DNA from: an uncultured virus (IMG/VR IMGVR_UViG_3300021142_000024)
Lineage: Duplodnaviria > Heunggongvirae > Uroviricota > Caudoviricetes
Length of the DNA: 64,000 nucleotides
Strand: one strand, 5' to 3'
IMG/VR virus record: IMGVR_UViG_3300021142_000024
Span: 1 to 64,000 of that record
Position numbers and translations under genes: made by a program. The stretch's first letter is position 1. Every line of letters begins with the position of its first letter. Under the pieces are notes generated by a model. It was not told the origin of the DNA. It ran no database searches and was given only the letters and a program-made list of their open reading frames with translations. Positions 19,513 through 30,269 of this stretch are shown here, piece after piece.

Positions 19513-20028
19513 TTATTTATTTCTAAATGCCACCCATTGAGCAGCTGTAAAATCTTTTGGTGTTTTATTTTGGCCATCTACCTCAATGGTAATTTTTATT
19601 TGTTTGGGCTTACGAATATAGGGCCAAGTGGCTATGTGAAAACCACTAATAAATTGACCAGATTTATATCTTTCTTCCCATTCATTACTAATACACATAT
19701 GTGAAGAAGCTTTATTCTTAGTTGAATATAGGAATATACGATTATCCCAATTAATACCATCATTTGATACTTCTACCAAATCTCCCTCTTGTGGCGCCCA
19801 ATCTTCATATAATTCAAAGCAATCTACTGGATGATCATAAACATACCCTTTAATGATTATAAACATATTATCCCAATCAAGATTACCATTATTAGAAATT
19901 CCACTTACTTGATAGATTTCTCCAAGTCGAAGATTATCATGATCGATATATAGTGATCCGTCTTTATAAAATTTACTTTGCTTTGTTACTAGCTTTACCT
20001 TGTCTCCTACTTTAAATTTTGGTGTCAT
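19513..20028 (-). CDS. hypothetical protein; paralogue of 20926-21467
   Basis: Shares MTPKFK.GD.VKLVTKQSKFY...HPVDCFELYEDW.P..G.LVEVSN. Confidence 0.75.
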   Translation of the reverse strand: MTPKFKVGDKVKLVTKQSKFYKDGSLYIDHDNLRLGEIYQVSGISNNGNLDWDNMFIIIKGYVYDHPVDCFELYEDWAPQEGDLVEVSNDGINWDNRIFLYSTKNKASSHMCISNEWEERYKSGQFISGFHIATWPYIRKPKQIKITIEVDGQNKTPKDFTAAQWVAFRNK

Positions 20029-20271
20029 ATTTTTTTTGATTTTTTATTTATATAAAAGTACTACAAAACCTCTAAATAATTTAATTTTTTCCCAAAGTCA
20101 ACACGTATATATATATATTTTTATCACACATTTAGGATCAATAGCAATCACCATATATATTTTTTGTAGATCTTTTCAATTTTTTCTAAATTTGGAAATT
20201 TGAATTTTTGACTTTTGGATCAAAAGCCGTGAAATCAATTTGAATTGTATAAAATAATCACACTCTCTCCA

Positions 20272-20523
20272 CTAATTGATTCTTATCAGGTGATCGACAG
20301 TACTCGCATCGTAGAAGAACATTCCGCCTTTAAAGTAAACTTTGTAGATGATGTTTGGACGCTTTGAGGTGTCTTGTGCGTAGTATTCTCCTTCTGATGT
20401 GACAAAGGTGCAAGTTGGACACACTTTTCGTACTCCAGTAGAACGAGATTCATAGTCGGCTGACATTCATTTACATGAGGCGGCGCTTATTATCATACAT
20501 ACCGCGATTAGTGCTCTTTTCAT
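20272..20523 (-). pseudogene. lipoprotein gene interrupted by an in-frame TGA (20467-20469)
   Basis: MKRALIAVCMIISAASCK*MSADYESR...: lipobox signal in frame with track ORF 20272-20466. Confidence 0.6.
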
Positions 20524-20532
20524 ATTGTTTGA

Positions 20533-20781
20533 TTATTTTATTTCAACATATTCTTGAATGCTAGTAATTTTAGCCTCTGAGGTGCTGCCATAGACAAGTT
20601 TTTTAACATTACCTGCAGAGTCCACAACTAAGTACTCATAGTGAGGTTGAATGACATATATTCTACACCTCGGATATGTACCCCTTGCATTTTTGGCACA
20701 TGCAGCATCATCGAAACCGAGCGCGGGTCCACAGGAAGTTATTAAAATGGTGCTTAAAGCGATTAAGATTAGGCTTTTCAT
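20533..20781 (-). CDS. small lipoprotein (likely start 20781)
   Basis: MKSLILIALSTILITSC lipobox. Confidence 0.7.
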   Translation of the reverse strand: MKSLILIALSTILITSCGPALGFDDAACAKNARGTYPRCRIYVIQPHYEYLVVDSAGNVKKLVYGSTSEAKITSIQEYVEIK

Positions 20782-20925
20782 ATTGTTTGTAGAAATTGAT
20801 TTTATATGCATTGTATATATTTTTATTGGGTAGGTGGAAAATTGCCGGGTGTGTAAATTTAGTATAGCGCACCCCTCCGCGCTAACATTGTCCTAGCTAC
20901 GTAAATGTGCACCCCCAGCAAAACG

Positions 20926-21467
20926 CTAGTACTCTGCTAGCACCTGCTTAATACTTGCCACCAGGTCGCTCATAGAGAATTTGCCTTCTATAGCATGGAG
21001 ATATGCATTATTTATATCACCTAGTAATTTTTCAGCGGTAGGCACCTCTTTAACTTTAAGTTGTCGTATATACTTCCAATAAGACGTATTATGATCTTTA
21101 CTTGCTTTATAATCTGATTCATCATCTTCTATTACACTGTCCAGTGTAAATTTCTATTTGGTGTTGAGTAGAGATATATTCTTTCCAGCCAAGTTATTTT
21201 ATTATTTGATACTTCTACCAGTTCTCCAGTCTTTGGTACCCAATCTTCATATAATTCAAAGCAATCTACTGGATGATTATAATCATATCCTTTGAGTAGT
21301 ATAAAATCATCAGATTGACCTACGCCATTATTATTAACATGGTCCACTTCATAGATTTCTCCAAGTTGAAGGCAGTCGAGATCTATAAAATCCAATGAAT
21401 AATTATAAAATTTACTTTGCTTTGTTACTAGCTTTACACTATCTCCGATTTTAAATTTTGGCGTCAT
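20926..21467 (-). pseudogene. frameshifted paralogue of 19513-20028
   Basis: After the stop at 21132, another frame continues VIEDDESDYKASKDHNTSYWKYIRQLK..., matching the paralogue's ...EERYKSG...TWPYIRKPK. Confidence 0.65.
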
Positions 21468-21546
21468 ATCTTCTAGTTATTTATTATACTATAAAAGTAA
21501 GTGATTATTTTGACTTAATAAAACTTTTTAGAGGATATTTTTTCCC

Positions 21547-22251
21547 TTAATTTATTGAATTAAACAGGGCTTCTATATACTGTATTGTTGGGTAATAATT
21601 ACCTCTGCCTTGATATTTTTTATCAACAGCGGCTTTAAGTTCTTCGAGTGTGCCTCTAAAACAGCCAGCCGATATCATTTTATTGGAGAATGTGATGGTG
21701 ATTATCCTACTTATTTCTCCTAAAGATGATATTGTCATATAATCTGATGTCTTCTCAACCTTAGCATTACCATATACCAGAGCATTACCAGATACATGAG
21801 CATTACCAGATACATGAGCATTACCAGATACTTTAGCATCACCAGATACTTTAGCATTACCAGATACTTTAGCATCACCAGATACATGAGCATTACCAAA
21901 TACCAGAGCATTACCAGATACTTTAGCATTACCAGATACCCAAGTATTACCAGATACATAAGCATTACCAGATACTTTAGCATTACCATATACCTGAGCA
22001 TTACCAAATACCCAAGCATTACCAGATACTTTAGCATTACCAGATACATGAGCATTACCAGATACTTTAGCATCACCAAATACCTGAGCATTACCAGATA
22101 CCCAGGCATTTTCGGTTAAGTTATTTATCGTCTCGATAAAGCCGCCTTTTGTTCCAGCTTTGCCCCATTTACAATCTTCAGTTAGTTCAATACGGTAGAG
22201 TGGTTTATCATTAAATTGTATTGATTCGTCAGTTAATTTATACGGTGTCAT
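21547..22251 (-). CDS. hexapeptide-repeat (beta-helix) protein
   Basis: 20 x (N/D)AxV(S/F/Y)G repeats between LYRI..KGGFIE and AGCFRGTLEE segments. Confidence 0.85.
   Translation of the reverse strand: MTPYKLTDESIQFNDKPLYRIELTEDCKWGKAGTKGGFIETINNLTENAWVSGNAQVFGDAKVSGNAHVSGNAKVSGNAWVFGNAQVYGNAKVSGNAYVSGNTWVSGNAKVSGNALVFGNAHVSGDAKVSGNAKVSGDAKVSGNAHVSGNAHVSGNALVYGNAKVEKTSDYMTISSLGEISRIITITFSNKMISAGCFRGTLEELKAAVDKKYQGRGNYYPTIQYIEALFNSIN
21751..22110 (-). repeat. 18-bp coding tandem repeat, about 20 units
   Basis: agcattaccagatacttt and variants. Confidence 0.92.
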
Positions 22252-22401
22252 ATCTTTTAGTTATTTAGTATGATGTAAAAGTAAGTGATTATTTTGAGAT
22301 TATAAAGCTTCTAGTCAAATATTTATTTTTGTACTATGATATTCTATATATCAAAAAGGCCCACTATTATGTGAGCCTCTTCTACAACTAAACAACACAA
22401 C

Positions 22402-23235
22402 TTATTTTATAATTTCATATTTTTCAGCCAAAGTCCATAGGTCCTGGTTGATATTAAGCTCTGCGATTGGATTTTTAATGGCACGCGCCTCACGATTATT
22501 GAGTGAAAAACCGCCTTTAACCAGGCCTTCCTGTATAACATTATAGGTTAGCCACAAAGATTTGCCAGTGTCTTCTTTACGTCTAGGCTGCAGCAAATCA
22601 AGTATTTCATATTGCTCTGGAAGACGATCATCTGACAGTCTTAGGGCCAGAGCCTCTGTTGCAAATTGAAAACGCTGCTTGTCTGTCATTTCAATCATAT
22701 TCCAGGTATTGATCTTATTTACAGCCTGCTCCATATCTACTATCTTATGGCTGACTATATCCTTAATCTCTGCCTGAGTGTATTTGATATGACGCTCTTT
22801 CATTGAGCCAAAGTCTTGAGTCTTGATTACCAACCCGTTACTACATACCAACCTAAAAATGCCGGCTTCAATCTGAAGAGGACGATCACCATTAGAATTG
22901 TTAATTACAACTATCTCTGGACGACCTTCAATACCTCCGCGATCATCTTTCATATAGAGATCTTGATTTTGGAAATGCATGATATGAGTGCCATAGGTAG
23001 TGTAGAGAGAGCTGTCATTTTTGCTCTTTGACTGCTTTACATTTGTAAGCTGCCAGCCTTGACTATCGAGATGTTCTATCAAGTCCTTAGAAGATACAAA
23101 CTTATAATTTGAGCTAAGGCGTGGATGTGGACCTGGAGCTGAGATACCAGGTGCTCGTTGGATTGCTGACTCGAGTGACATTACTGAGATCTGATTGTTC
23201 TTGTTGCCTTGCGCTAAAACTGTTTGATTTTCCAT
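22402..23235 (-). CDS. DUF932/DUF945 family protein
   Basis: S.NYKFV, PEIVVINNS.G, AGIFRLVCSNGLV, PRR.ED..SLW.TYNVIQE. Confidence 0.88.
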   Translation of the reverse strand: MENQTVLAQGNKNNQISVMSLESAIQRAPGISAPGPHPRLSSNYKFVSSKDLIEHLDSQGWQLTNVKQSKSKNDSSLYTTYGTHIMHFQNQDLYMKDDRGGIEGRPEIVVINNSNGDRPLQIEAGIFRLVCSNGLVIKTQDFGSMKERHIKYTQAEIKDIVSHKIVDMEQAVNKINTWNMIEMTDKQRFQFATEALALRLSDDRLPEQYEILDLLQPRRKEDTGKSLWLTYNVIQEGLVKGGFSLNNREARAIKNPIAELNINQDLWTLAEKYEIIK

Positions 23236-23598
23236 AACTGTTATTTTTTTAGTTGTTTAGTGTGATGTAAAAGTAAGAGATTGTTTTGACTTAAAAAAAC
23301 TTTTTAGAGGATATTTTTTTACTCCATATCTTTTTCTTTGCCTGGTATAGACAAGTCATATTCTTCAAAAGTATCTACCATAGCCTGATAAGCTGTTGAG
23401 CCACTCATCCAGTTATACACTAGATATTCTAATATTTCTTTGTCGCTCATATCCCACTCATCTCTGAGTATATCAAGAAGTTTAAATGCTCCATTGCGAT
23501 CTGCTGTTATATTTGCCATATCTTTTAGTTGTTTAGTGTAGTGTAAAAGTAAGAAAAATACCTGAGACTTTATAATTTTATCTCAGGTATTTATTTCT

Positions 23599-24573
23599 TT
23601 AATTTAATATGCCTAATTCCAAATCTGCACCACTACGATTAATTATAAATTGGATTGGGATATTGTCTGTAGCGTCTGAGGCATCATTCTCGGCTTCATC
23701 TACTATATAGCCATAATGTATGTCGTTATTTGATAATTGATAGCTCCATTTATTATCTGATTGACCATTCCTATTTTTCGTGAATACTATATATGTGCCA
23801 CCACCATCAGACATTTTCTCTCTCTTCATTTCCATGTGTGCATCAACTAAATGTTTTACTTTATTACTACCTACAAAAGTACCGTTTTTAGTAACTTGTT
23901 GGATAAGTAAAAATGATGTGTAGGCTTTGCGATCATTCTGGCCCTCATTATGATTAATGCACAAATCAATTATCCACTTCTCAGCCTCTTTAATACTCAT
24001 ACTAGTATTCTCTTTTACTGACTCAAGAACTTCTGCGAGAGAGTCAATAAGCACATAGTCATAACCTTCTTTAAGCAGGCCCTCGATCACATCTTTCATA
24101 TTATCATTAAGATAATCGGCTGCAATCAAAGTCTTAACACAACCAAATACAGGAAATCTTTGCATATATTTGAAAAGTTGTATTTTGCCCATTTCACATG
24201 ATATAAACAGGCATTTCAGATCTGGATTATTTTTTTGCATATGTGCTAAGGTGTGCAATAGAACAGTTGTTTTCCCAACACCTGGATCTCCGGTACACAT
24301 TATATTTGTACCAACTGGCAGGCCACCTTCATATGAGATAAGTTTATCAATTGCCAATCCACTCTTATATGTTTTTAGCATATTATCATTTACATTGATA
24401 GCATCAAGTGACTTGACTTTATCAAATGATATTGGCTTCTTATCTACTACTTTAATTTCACCATTTACTAGTAAACGACCTCTTGATGTAAGGTACTCAT
24501 CTACTGAGATACCAAGTTGTTTAGCTTTTAGCTGTGCATAATACCTTTGAGAATAACTTAGTTGATTTGACAT
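23599..24573 (-). CDS. RadA/Sms-like RecA-family ATPase
   Basis: GDPGVGKT Walker A, FISCEM, LIDS Walker B, QVTK.G.FVG.N..KHLVD, KNR.G. Confidence 0.85.
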   Translation of the reverse strand: MSNQLSYSQRYYAQLKAKQLGISVDEYLTSRGRLLVNGEIKVVDKKPISFDKVKSLDAINVNDNMLKTYKSGLAIDKLISYEGGLPVGTNIMCTGDPGVGKTTVLLHTLAHMQKNNPDLKCLFISCEMGKIQLFKYMQRFPVFGCVKTLIAADYLNDNMKDVIEGLLKEGYDYVLIDSLAEVLESVKENTSMSIKEAEKWIIDLCINHNEGQNDRKAYTSFLLIQQVTKNGTFVGSNKVKHLVDAHMEMKREKMSDGGGTYIVFTKNRNGQSDNKWSYQLSNNDIHYGYIVDEAENDASDATDNIPIQFIINRSGADLELGILN

Positions 24574-25129
24574 TTCTTTTAGTTGTTTAGTGTAGTGTAA
24601 AAGTAAGAGATACTTTTCAAATAATAAAGTCCTAAATTAGATATTTGTTCTTATAATATGGGGGGAGTCCCCTATAACCCCCTAATACTATATTAGTTTT
24701 CTGGAGTAGATTTATATTTCTTAGTCTTCTTTTTATTATACTTTGTAGTTATTTCTTTTTATTATCTGGAGTAGGTAGGATTAACTTTAAATTTTCTATT
24801 AGTCAAGTTTTTTTAGTATATTCTCCAGAATTCTCTCTGTTAGAGTCAGCCTATATTATAGAATATAATTAAATATATCACCCGCCCTTATAGATGAATA
24901 ATTTAATAGTAATTATATGTGATCTTACAATATTGATAAAAATCAGATTGCATTCACGACTTACCGATGGGCGTCCTAGCGCGGGCATGCGTTCAGTCCG
25001 AAATTATTCAAAAGGTAACCAGGGCCATCACTGTAAGATTTAATTGACCAGATCCAACAATCATTTACAATTGAAGTCTAGTAGTTTATATTTACCAGGT
25101 ATTCTACCACCACCTGTGAATTGAGGCAT

Positions 25130-25157
25130 AAAAAAAGCGCCTCTAAAGAGAAGCGCT
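25130..25157 (-). terminator. intrinsic terminator-like hairpin in non-coding region
   Basis: AGCGCTTCT-CTTT-AGAGGCGCT followed by a T run. Confidence 0.75.
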
Positions 25158-25621
25158 GTAATTTTTTCAGGTGGCTTTTAAGCCCTATGGTGACGACCCT
25201 GAATATTGAATGTAAAAAATTTAAACTAAATTATAGTATTGAGTATTTTGGTCGTCACACCTTACATGCTCTCGTACTGTAATAAATATCATGATTTTTC
25301 TCTCGTTTCGTTCAAAGTAGAAATTTTATATATAAAAGTTTAGAAGAATATCCAAATTTTTCTATAACCATCTCCTGTGCCAATAATGAACTAGACGCGG
25401 ATATTATCTCTGTCTGTTTTTTAATTCTATAGTACACTCAAAGATAAAATCCATAATACAATTATATATAATATAGAATAGAAAATAAAATCTATTTAGC
25501 AAGTTTAGAAAAAATCCCCTATTTCTAGAGGACTCTCAATGCCAAGGGAGGAATTATTTTGCATTAAAGTGAGCAGAGGAGAGAATATTATACTCACTTT
25601 ATTATCTATTCTGTAAAATTA

Positions 25622-26065
25622 CTATTCATATTGATGATCTGCAGTGATGTCTTCAAGAGTGATCAGTTTATATGTCATAGCTGCTTTTATCACTTCAAGA
25701 AATGCTGGGATAATTACATCTTGACAGCCAACTTTGATACCATTACTATCTATTTCTGCAGTGTAATTAGATGAGGTTACGTGTTCAATTTTAATTGATT
25801 TATGACCTTCAAATAGGGCTACAAATTCCTCTACTGTATTTACAGATTTGCAATCATTATTATTAATCCAATTTTCATTAGTCTGAGTCATCAAAATTCT
25901 ATCAAACATGATATAAGGATATTCAGAATCATATTCTCTAGTATTATTATAGACTGGTACACCAAGTAGTCGCAAATATTTAATTGCGAGAGTGATTTTT
26001 GCTGGATCTACCTCTTTACAGAATACTTGTGTATTAGGTAGTGTAAATGATTGTGCTGTGCTCAT
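25622..26065 (-). CDS. hypothetical early protein
   Basis: ORF directly behind a promoter cassette. Confidence 0.7.
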   Translation of the reverse strand: MSTAQSFTLPNTQVFCKEVDPAKITLAIKYLRLLGVPVYNNTREYDSEYPYIMFDRILMTQTNENWINNNDCKSVNTVEEFVALFEGHKSIKIEHVTSSNYTAEIDSNGIKVGCQDVIIPAFLEVIKAAMTYKLITLEDITADHQYE

Positions 26066-26876
26066 ATCTTTTAGTTGTTTTGAGAGGCAAATTCATTTAG
26101 CCTCAAGTAAAAGTAAGAGATTATTTTGAGAATATAAAGCTTTTATCTCAGGTATTTGTTTTTCTACTATGATATTTTTCCTATGAGTGTAATTGCTATT
26201 TGCCAATATTCATAAAACTCATCCTGGTCCATATCATCTCCATATTTATAAAACACATCATCATATATCTCATCTTCGCTATCAGCTTTTATCAGAGTTA
26301 TAACGGAATCTCCAAAATCATCATCAATATTAGATACTGATACTGCATACAAATTTTTTCCATTTCCGTGTACTTGTGCTTTTGGATCGAGCGTGATTAT
26401 TGTCTTTGCCATTGTATTTAGTTATTTTGAGAGGCAAATTCATTTAGCCTCAAGTAAAAGTAAGAAATTATTTTGAGAATATAAAGCTTTTAGTCAGATA
26501 TTTTTTATATTAATCCCTCTTTGGATTTAATCTAAGATCGCAGCCAGCAAGGTGTAAATTAGTAATAGAAAACATAAGAGCTATTTTGCTTTTACATTTT
26601 GAGATCTCATTAATCCAGTAAGCTCTAGTCTTATCACTTACTGAAGTTTCTTGATCATTTAGAACAGAAATGAATTCAGATTTAATATCCACCTCTGTCA
26701 TCTTGTCCATACGACCTATTAAGCTTTCTACTTTGGCTGTGATTGAGCTTTGTGATTTTGAAAGATTATACATATGTTTTAGTTATTTTGAGAGGCAAAT
26801 TCATTTAGCCTCAAGTAAAAGTATAAAAAATACCTGAGACTTTGCACTTTTATCTCAGGTATTTGTTTTTCTACTA

Positions 26877-27287
26877 TCATGCCTCATCATCTACATCATA
26901 CCACTCCTCTTCATCCTCGTCCTCGTCCTCATAAAAATAACCTTGATTTGGGCAAGACTCTGGATAGTCATTCTTCCATTCCCAATTAGGATCTTCTACT
27001 AGATTTGGATGTTTGCAATTTGGATTATCTCCTTCTGGAGAATCTTTAAAGGCAAGATCTATGCCCGCATCTCTGTCTTTGTCCAGATCTCCTATTGCGA
27101 TACCATTCATCTCAGCAAGAAGTTGAAAATAATCCTTGCCACCGAATACTCCGTATCCTTCATAGTCATCTTCTCTCCATTTATTCCCCTTATCATCTAC
27201 CATAAATACAGTAAATGTTGGTCTGGATGAGTAGTTATTGGCGATTGATTCGCCTGTGTCTTGTGTGTACCAGCTGAAAAATCCCAT
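26877..27287 (-). CDS. hypothetical early protein with acidic tail
   Basis: MGFFSW.T.DT..SI.N...YEGYGVFGGKDY..LLA.MN...NQGYFY. Confidence 0.75.
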   Translation of the reverse strand: MGFFSWYTQDTGESIANNYSSRPTFTVFMVDDKGNKWREDDYEGYGVFGGKDYFQLLAEMNGIAIGDLDKDRDAGIDLAFKDSPEGDNPNCKHPNLVEDPNWEWKNDYPESCPNQGYFYEDEDEDEEEWYDVDDEA

Positions 27288-27363
27288 GTTGCTATTAGTT
27301 ATTTAGTATGCTGTAAAAGTAAGAAATTATTTTGAGAATATAAAGATTTTAGTCAGATATTTT

Positions 27364-27459
27364 TTATCCAACTACGGCAATAATAAACATTGCCAACCAA
27401 ATAAGAAACGCGCAGATAGCGCCTCCTGCTAATAATAATGCTATTTCTTTAATATTCAT
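27364..27459 (-). CDS. 31-aa single-TM microprotein (not in ORF track)
   Basis: MNIKEIALLLAGGAICAFLIWLAMFIIAVVG*, starts exactly at a cassette ATG. Confidence 0.7.
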   Translation of the reverse strand: MNIKEIALLLAGGAICAFLIWLAMFIIAVVG

Positions 27460-27541
27460 ATCTTTTAGATGTTTAGTGTGATGTAAAAGTATAACTAATT
27501 TTTGATATTTTGTACTTTTATCTCAGGTATTTGTTTTTCTA

Positions 27542-28045
27542 CTATAAAGCTTTTAATTGGTATTTTTTTCCGTCTATCTCCACTATTTTATTTTCACAAC
27601 AATCTTCTTTTGGCAATCCAGTCTCAATTAGCTCGCCATAACATATTTTACCTTCTACTAATTTGCCTACTTTTATTTGCATTTCTTCTCGAGTGGGTAT
27701 TTTCCAAGTGGTTAATCCTGCAAATATTCTCAATTTACTTGATAGATCTCCTTTACAAATAATACTCCCACCAGCTTGAATACTCCCACCAGCTTGAATA
27801 CTCCAACCAGCTTGAATAATCCCATCAGCTTGAATATTCCAACCAGCTTTAATACTCCCATCAGCTTGAATACCACTGCCAAATCCAAAATTTATATAAC
27901 CAGTAGCCTTTAAAGTATTGTAGAATTTTATTATTCCAAGATACTTATCTGATTCTATATTTCCTTGATAATTACTTAAATCCTCTTTACCAATATAGTA
28001 ATTTTCTGTATTTAAGTGTTCTTTTTTAATTACAAATGTGTTCAT
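27542..28045 (-). CDS. beta-helix-like repeat protein
   Basis: About seven I(Q/K)A(D/G)(G/W)x hexapeptides. Confidence 0.7.
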   Translation of the reverse strand: MNTFVIKKEHLNTENYYIGKEDLSNYQGNIESDKYLGIIKFYNTLKATGYINFGFGSGIQADGSIKAGWNIQADGIIQAGWSIQAGGSIQAGGSIICKGDLSSKLRIFAGLTTWKIPTREEMQIKVGKLVEGKICYGELIETGLPKEDCCENKIVEIDGKKYQLKAL

Positions 28046-28132
28046 ATCTTTTAGATGTTTATTGTAGTGTAAAAGTATAAAATAAAGTTGAAAATAAAAA
28101 GTTTTTAATCAGATATTTATTTTCTTATTAAG

Positions 28133-28218
28133 TAGTCGGGGTAGGATTCGAACCTACATACCTACTGTAATGGATTCGAACCCATCTACCAGTTGTCTAC
28201 CAATTGCACCACCTGACC
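28133..28218 (-). ncRNA. tRNA-like RNA lacking an anticodon loop
   Basis: Acceptor GGTCAGG/CCCGACT, D-loop AATTGGTA, T-arm GTAGG-TTCGAAT-CCTAC; central arm capped by a second GGTTCGAATCC. Confidence 0.7.
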
Positions 28219-28224
28219 AAATTT

Positions 28225-28292
28225 GAGAGTTCCACAATATACTATATGTCTTTCCCTATAGCGGTACCTTGTATATTAGTCACTCACAACCA
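28225..28292 (-). ncRNA. candidate small structured RNA, copy B
   Basis: Same flanks as 19150-19206, different internal hairpin (AATATAC/GTATATT). Confidence 0.5.
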
Positions 28293-28614
28293 CTAGTTCT
28301 TTATTTTACGGCTATCTCCGTACCCATAAATCCAGGTATTAAATTAAGCGGAGTCTCTTGCTCTGGATAGAGAATTTTATATACATGAGGAGCATATATT
28401 GATAACATAGATTTCCTACCTTCTTCCCAGCCCCCCATATTAGCTGCAGAGATTATGTCATAAATTTTAAATATCTCCTCGGTAGTGAGTTTGTCCGCTG
28501 CAATAGCTCTAAATGCCTTGAATGCTTCTGTAGTTGTCATATCTTTTAGTTGTTTAGTGTGATGTAAAAGTACAACTAATTTTTGATAATTTGCACTTTT
28601 TTATTACATTTATT

Positions 28615-29154
28615 TTAAGATAATAAAAAGCTCAGTTTTTGCCTTGATTTTGCAACATGCCATTTAATTGTGCCTTCGGCTGTATTTAGCATATCTGCTA
28701 TCTCTCGATATTTATATCCAATAGATGCAAGTCTCATCACCTTTTCAGAGGATTTAGGCAGCAATGATATAGCAATCTCAAACTGCTTTGCCGCTTCATA
28801 TTCCCCATTGTCATTATAAGCCACTGATCTCCACATATTTTTAATCTCAGCAAGTACTACCCTATCATTAGTAATATCTTTATGCTTTGGAGACTTAATA
28901 GTATTGAGAGCCGTATTCTTAATCACCACTCTCACCCAGCCCTCAAAAGAGCCAATACCTTGGTATGAATCTATCTTCTTGAATACTTTGAGAAACCCAT
29001 CATTGATTACCTCATCTAAGTCTCTAATATCTTTAAAGTATTTATAGAGCATCTGGCGCATATTTGGATAGTAGTATTTATACACCTCCTCCTGGCACTG
29101 CCTATCGTTGTTTTTACAGCCGGCAATTAGTTCGTGTATATGTTTGTGGTCCAT
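28615..29154 (-). CDS. ECF-type RNA polymerase sigma-70 factor
   Basis: Region 2 D.DEVINDGFLKVF.KIDSY...SFEGWV; region 4 GYKYREIADML...GTIKWH..KSR. Confidence 0.9.
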   Translation of the reverse strand: MDHKHIHELIAGCKNNDRQCQEEVYKYYYPNMRQMLYKYFKDIRDLDEVINDGFLKVFKKIDSYQGIGSFEGWVRVVIKNTALNTIKSPKHKDITNDRVVLAEIKNMWRSVAYNDNGEYEAAKQFEIAISLLPKSSEKVMRLASIGYKYREIADMLNTAEGTIKWHVAKSRQKLSFLLS

Positions 29155-30269
29155 GTTATTATTTTGAGATTGTAAAGATAAGAAAAATACCTGAGACTTT
29201 GTACTTTTATCTCAGGTATTTATTTTCTTAATACTCCATTGTGATTCTGATTGACTCCATCGTCTGGAAGTAGTAGTCTGGATGTATCATTGACCTTTTG
29301 CCTTCTGATTCCATAGACTTACGAATCTCCTGTTCATTCTCTAATATATTCTCTGTCATCGCGAGTATCCTCTCTCTAAGTATTCCTAACTGGATAGGGT
29401 CGAGTGAGTTAATCATCTTTGTAAGTGTCTGTTTATTTGTGAGTGTCTTTGCCATTGTATTTAGTTGTTTAGTGTGATGTAAAAGTAAGAGATTATTTTG
29501 AGAATATAAAGCTTTTAGTCAGATATTTTTTAGTTTAAAGTGGGTATTGAATCCACTCCATGAGCAGCGCACATTTGCAACACTACCCTATTAAATTCAT
29601 CAGCATTAACTCGATTCATTATCCATCCACCATCTATATTATTAAGATGTTTGGCGGTAGTACGACTCCAAATGTTTTTATGTACTACTCGAATAGATGA
29701 ATCTTCTATTGCCACTAATGTAGTGTAAGAGAAATGGAATGTAAGTCCATTTACTGTGATTTTTGATGTGTTATTCATATCTTTTAGTTGTTTATTGTAG
29801 TGTAAAAGTATAAAATAAAGTTGAAAGTAGGTGGCTTTTTTACAAGTATTTGTTTTTGTAATTTATTCCTCTCCCATATACATTGCAATATCATTCTCAT
29901 CAGCATAGAATATCTCAGCCAATATATAACGCAGATCTTCATCTGATCCTGTAAATTCTACTACTGGACATCCTCCTCCTGGACCATTCCAAGTTATAAT
30001 ATTCAGCAATATATTCTTTTGCTTTAAAATGCCCCAGAATTTTTGATCTTCCTTTTGATTGTCTGTGAATGGAATGCAATCCATTTCGATTGTTTTTATC
30101 ATATCTTTTAGTTGTTTTGTGTAGGGCAAATATACAACACATAATCTAAAGTAGGTAGTTTTTTTACAAGTATTTGTTTTGCTAATTTATAAAAACAAAT
30201 ATACGATAATTTTCTTTCAAGTGTCAAATCATTGTCTTACTTTTACATCATAATAAACAACTAAAAATT

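Noticed and set aside
19513..21467. Paralogous pair as DGR template/variable repeats
   Set aside because: Differences are not adenine-specific and no reverse transcriptase is present in the window.
21735..22119. Alternative-frame ORFs 21735-22109 (-) and 21796-22119 (+)
   Set aside because: By-products of the stop-free 18-bp tandem repeat inside the hexapeptide-repeat gene.
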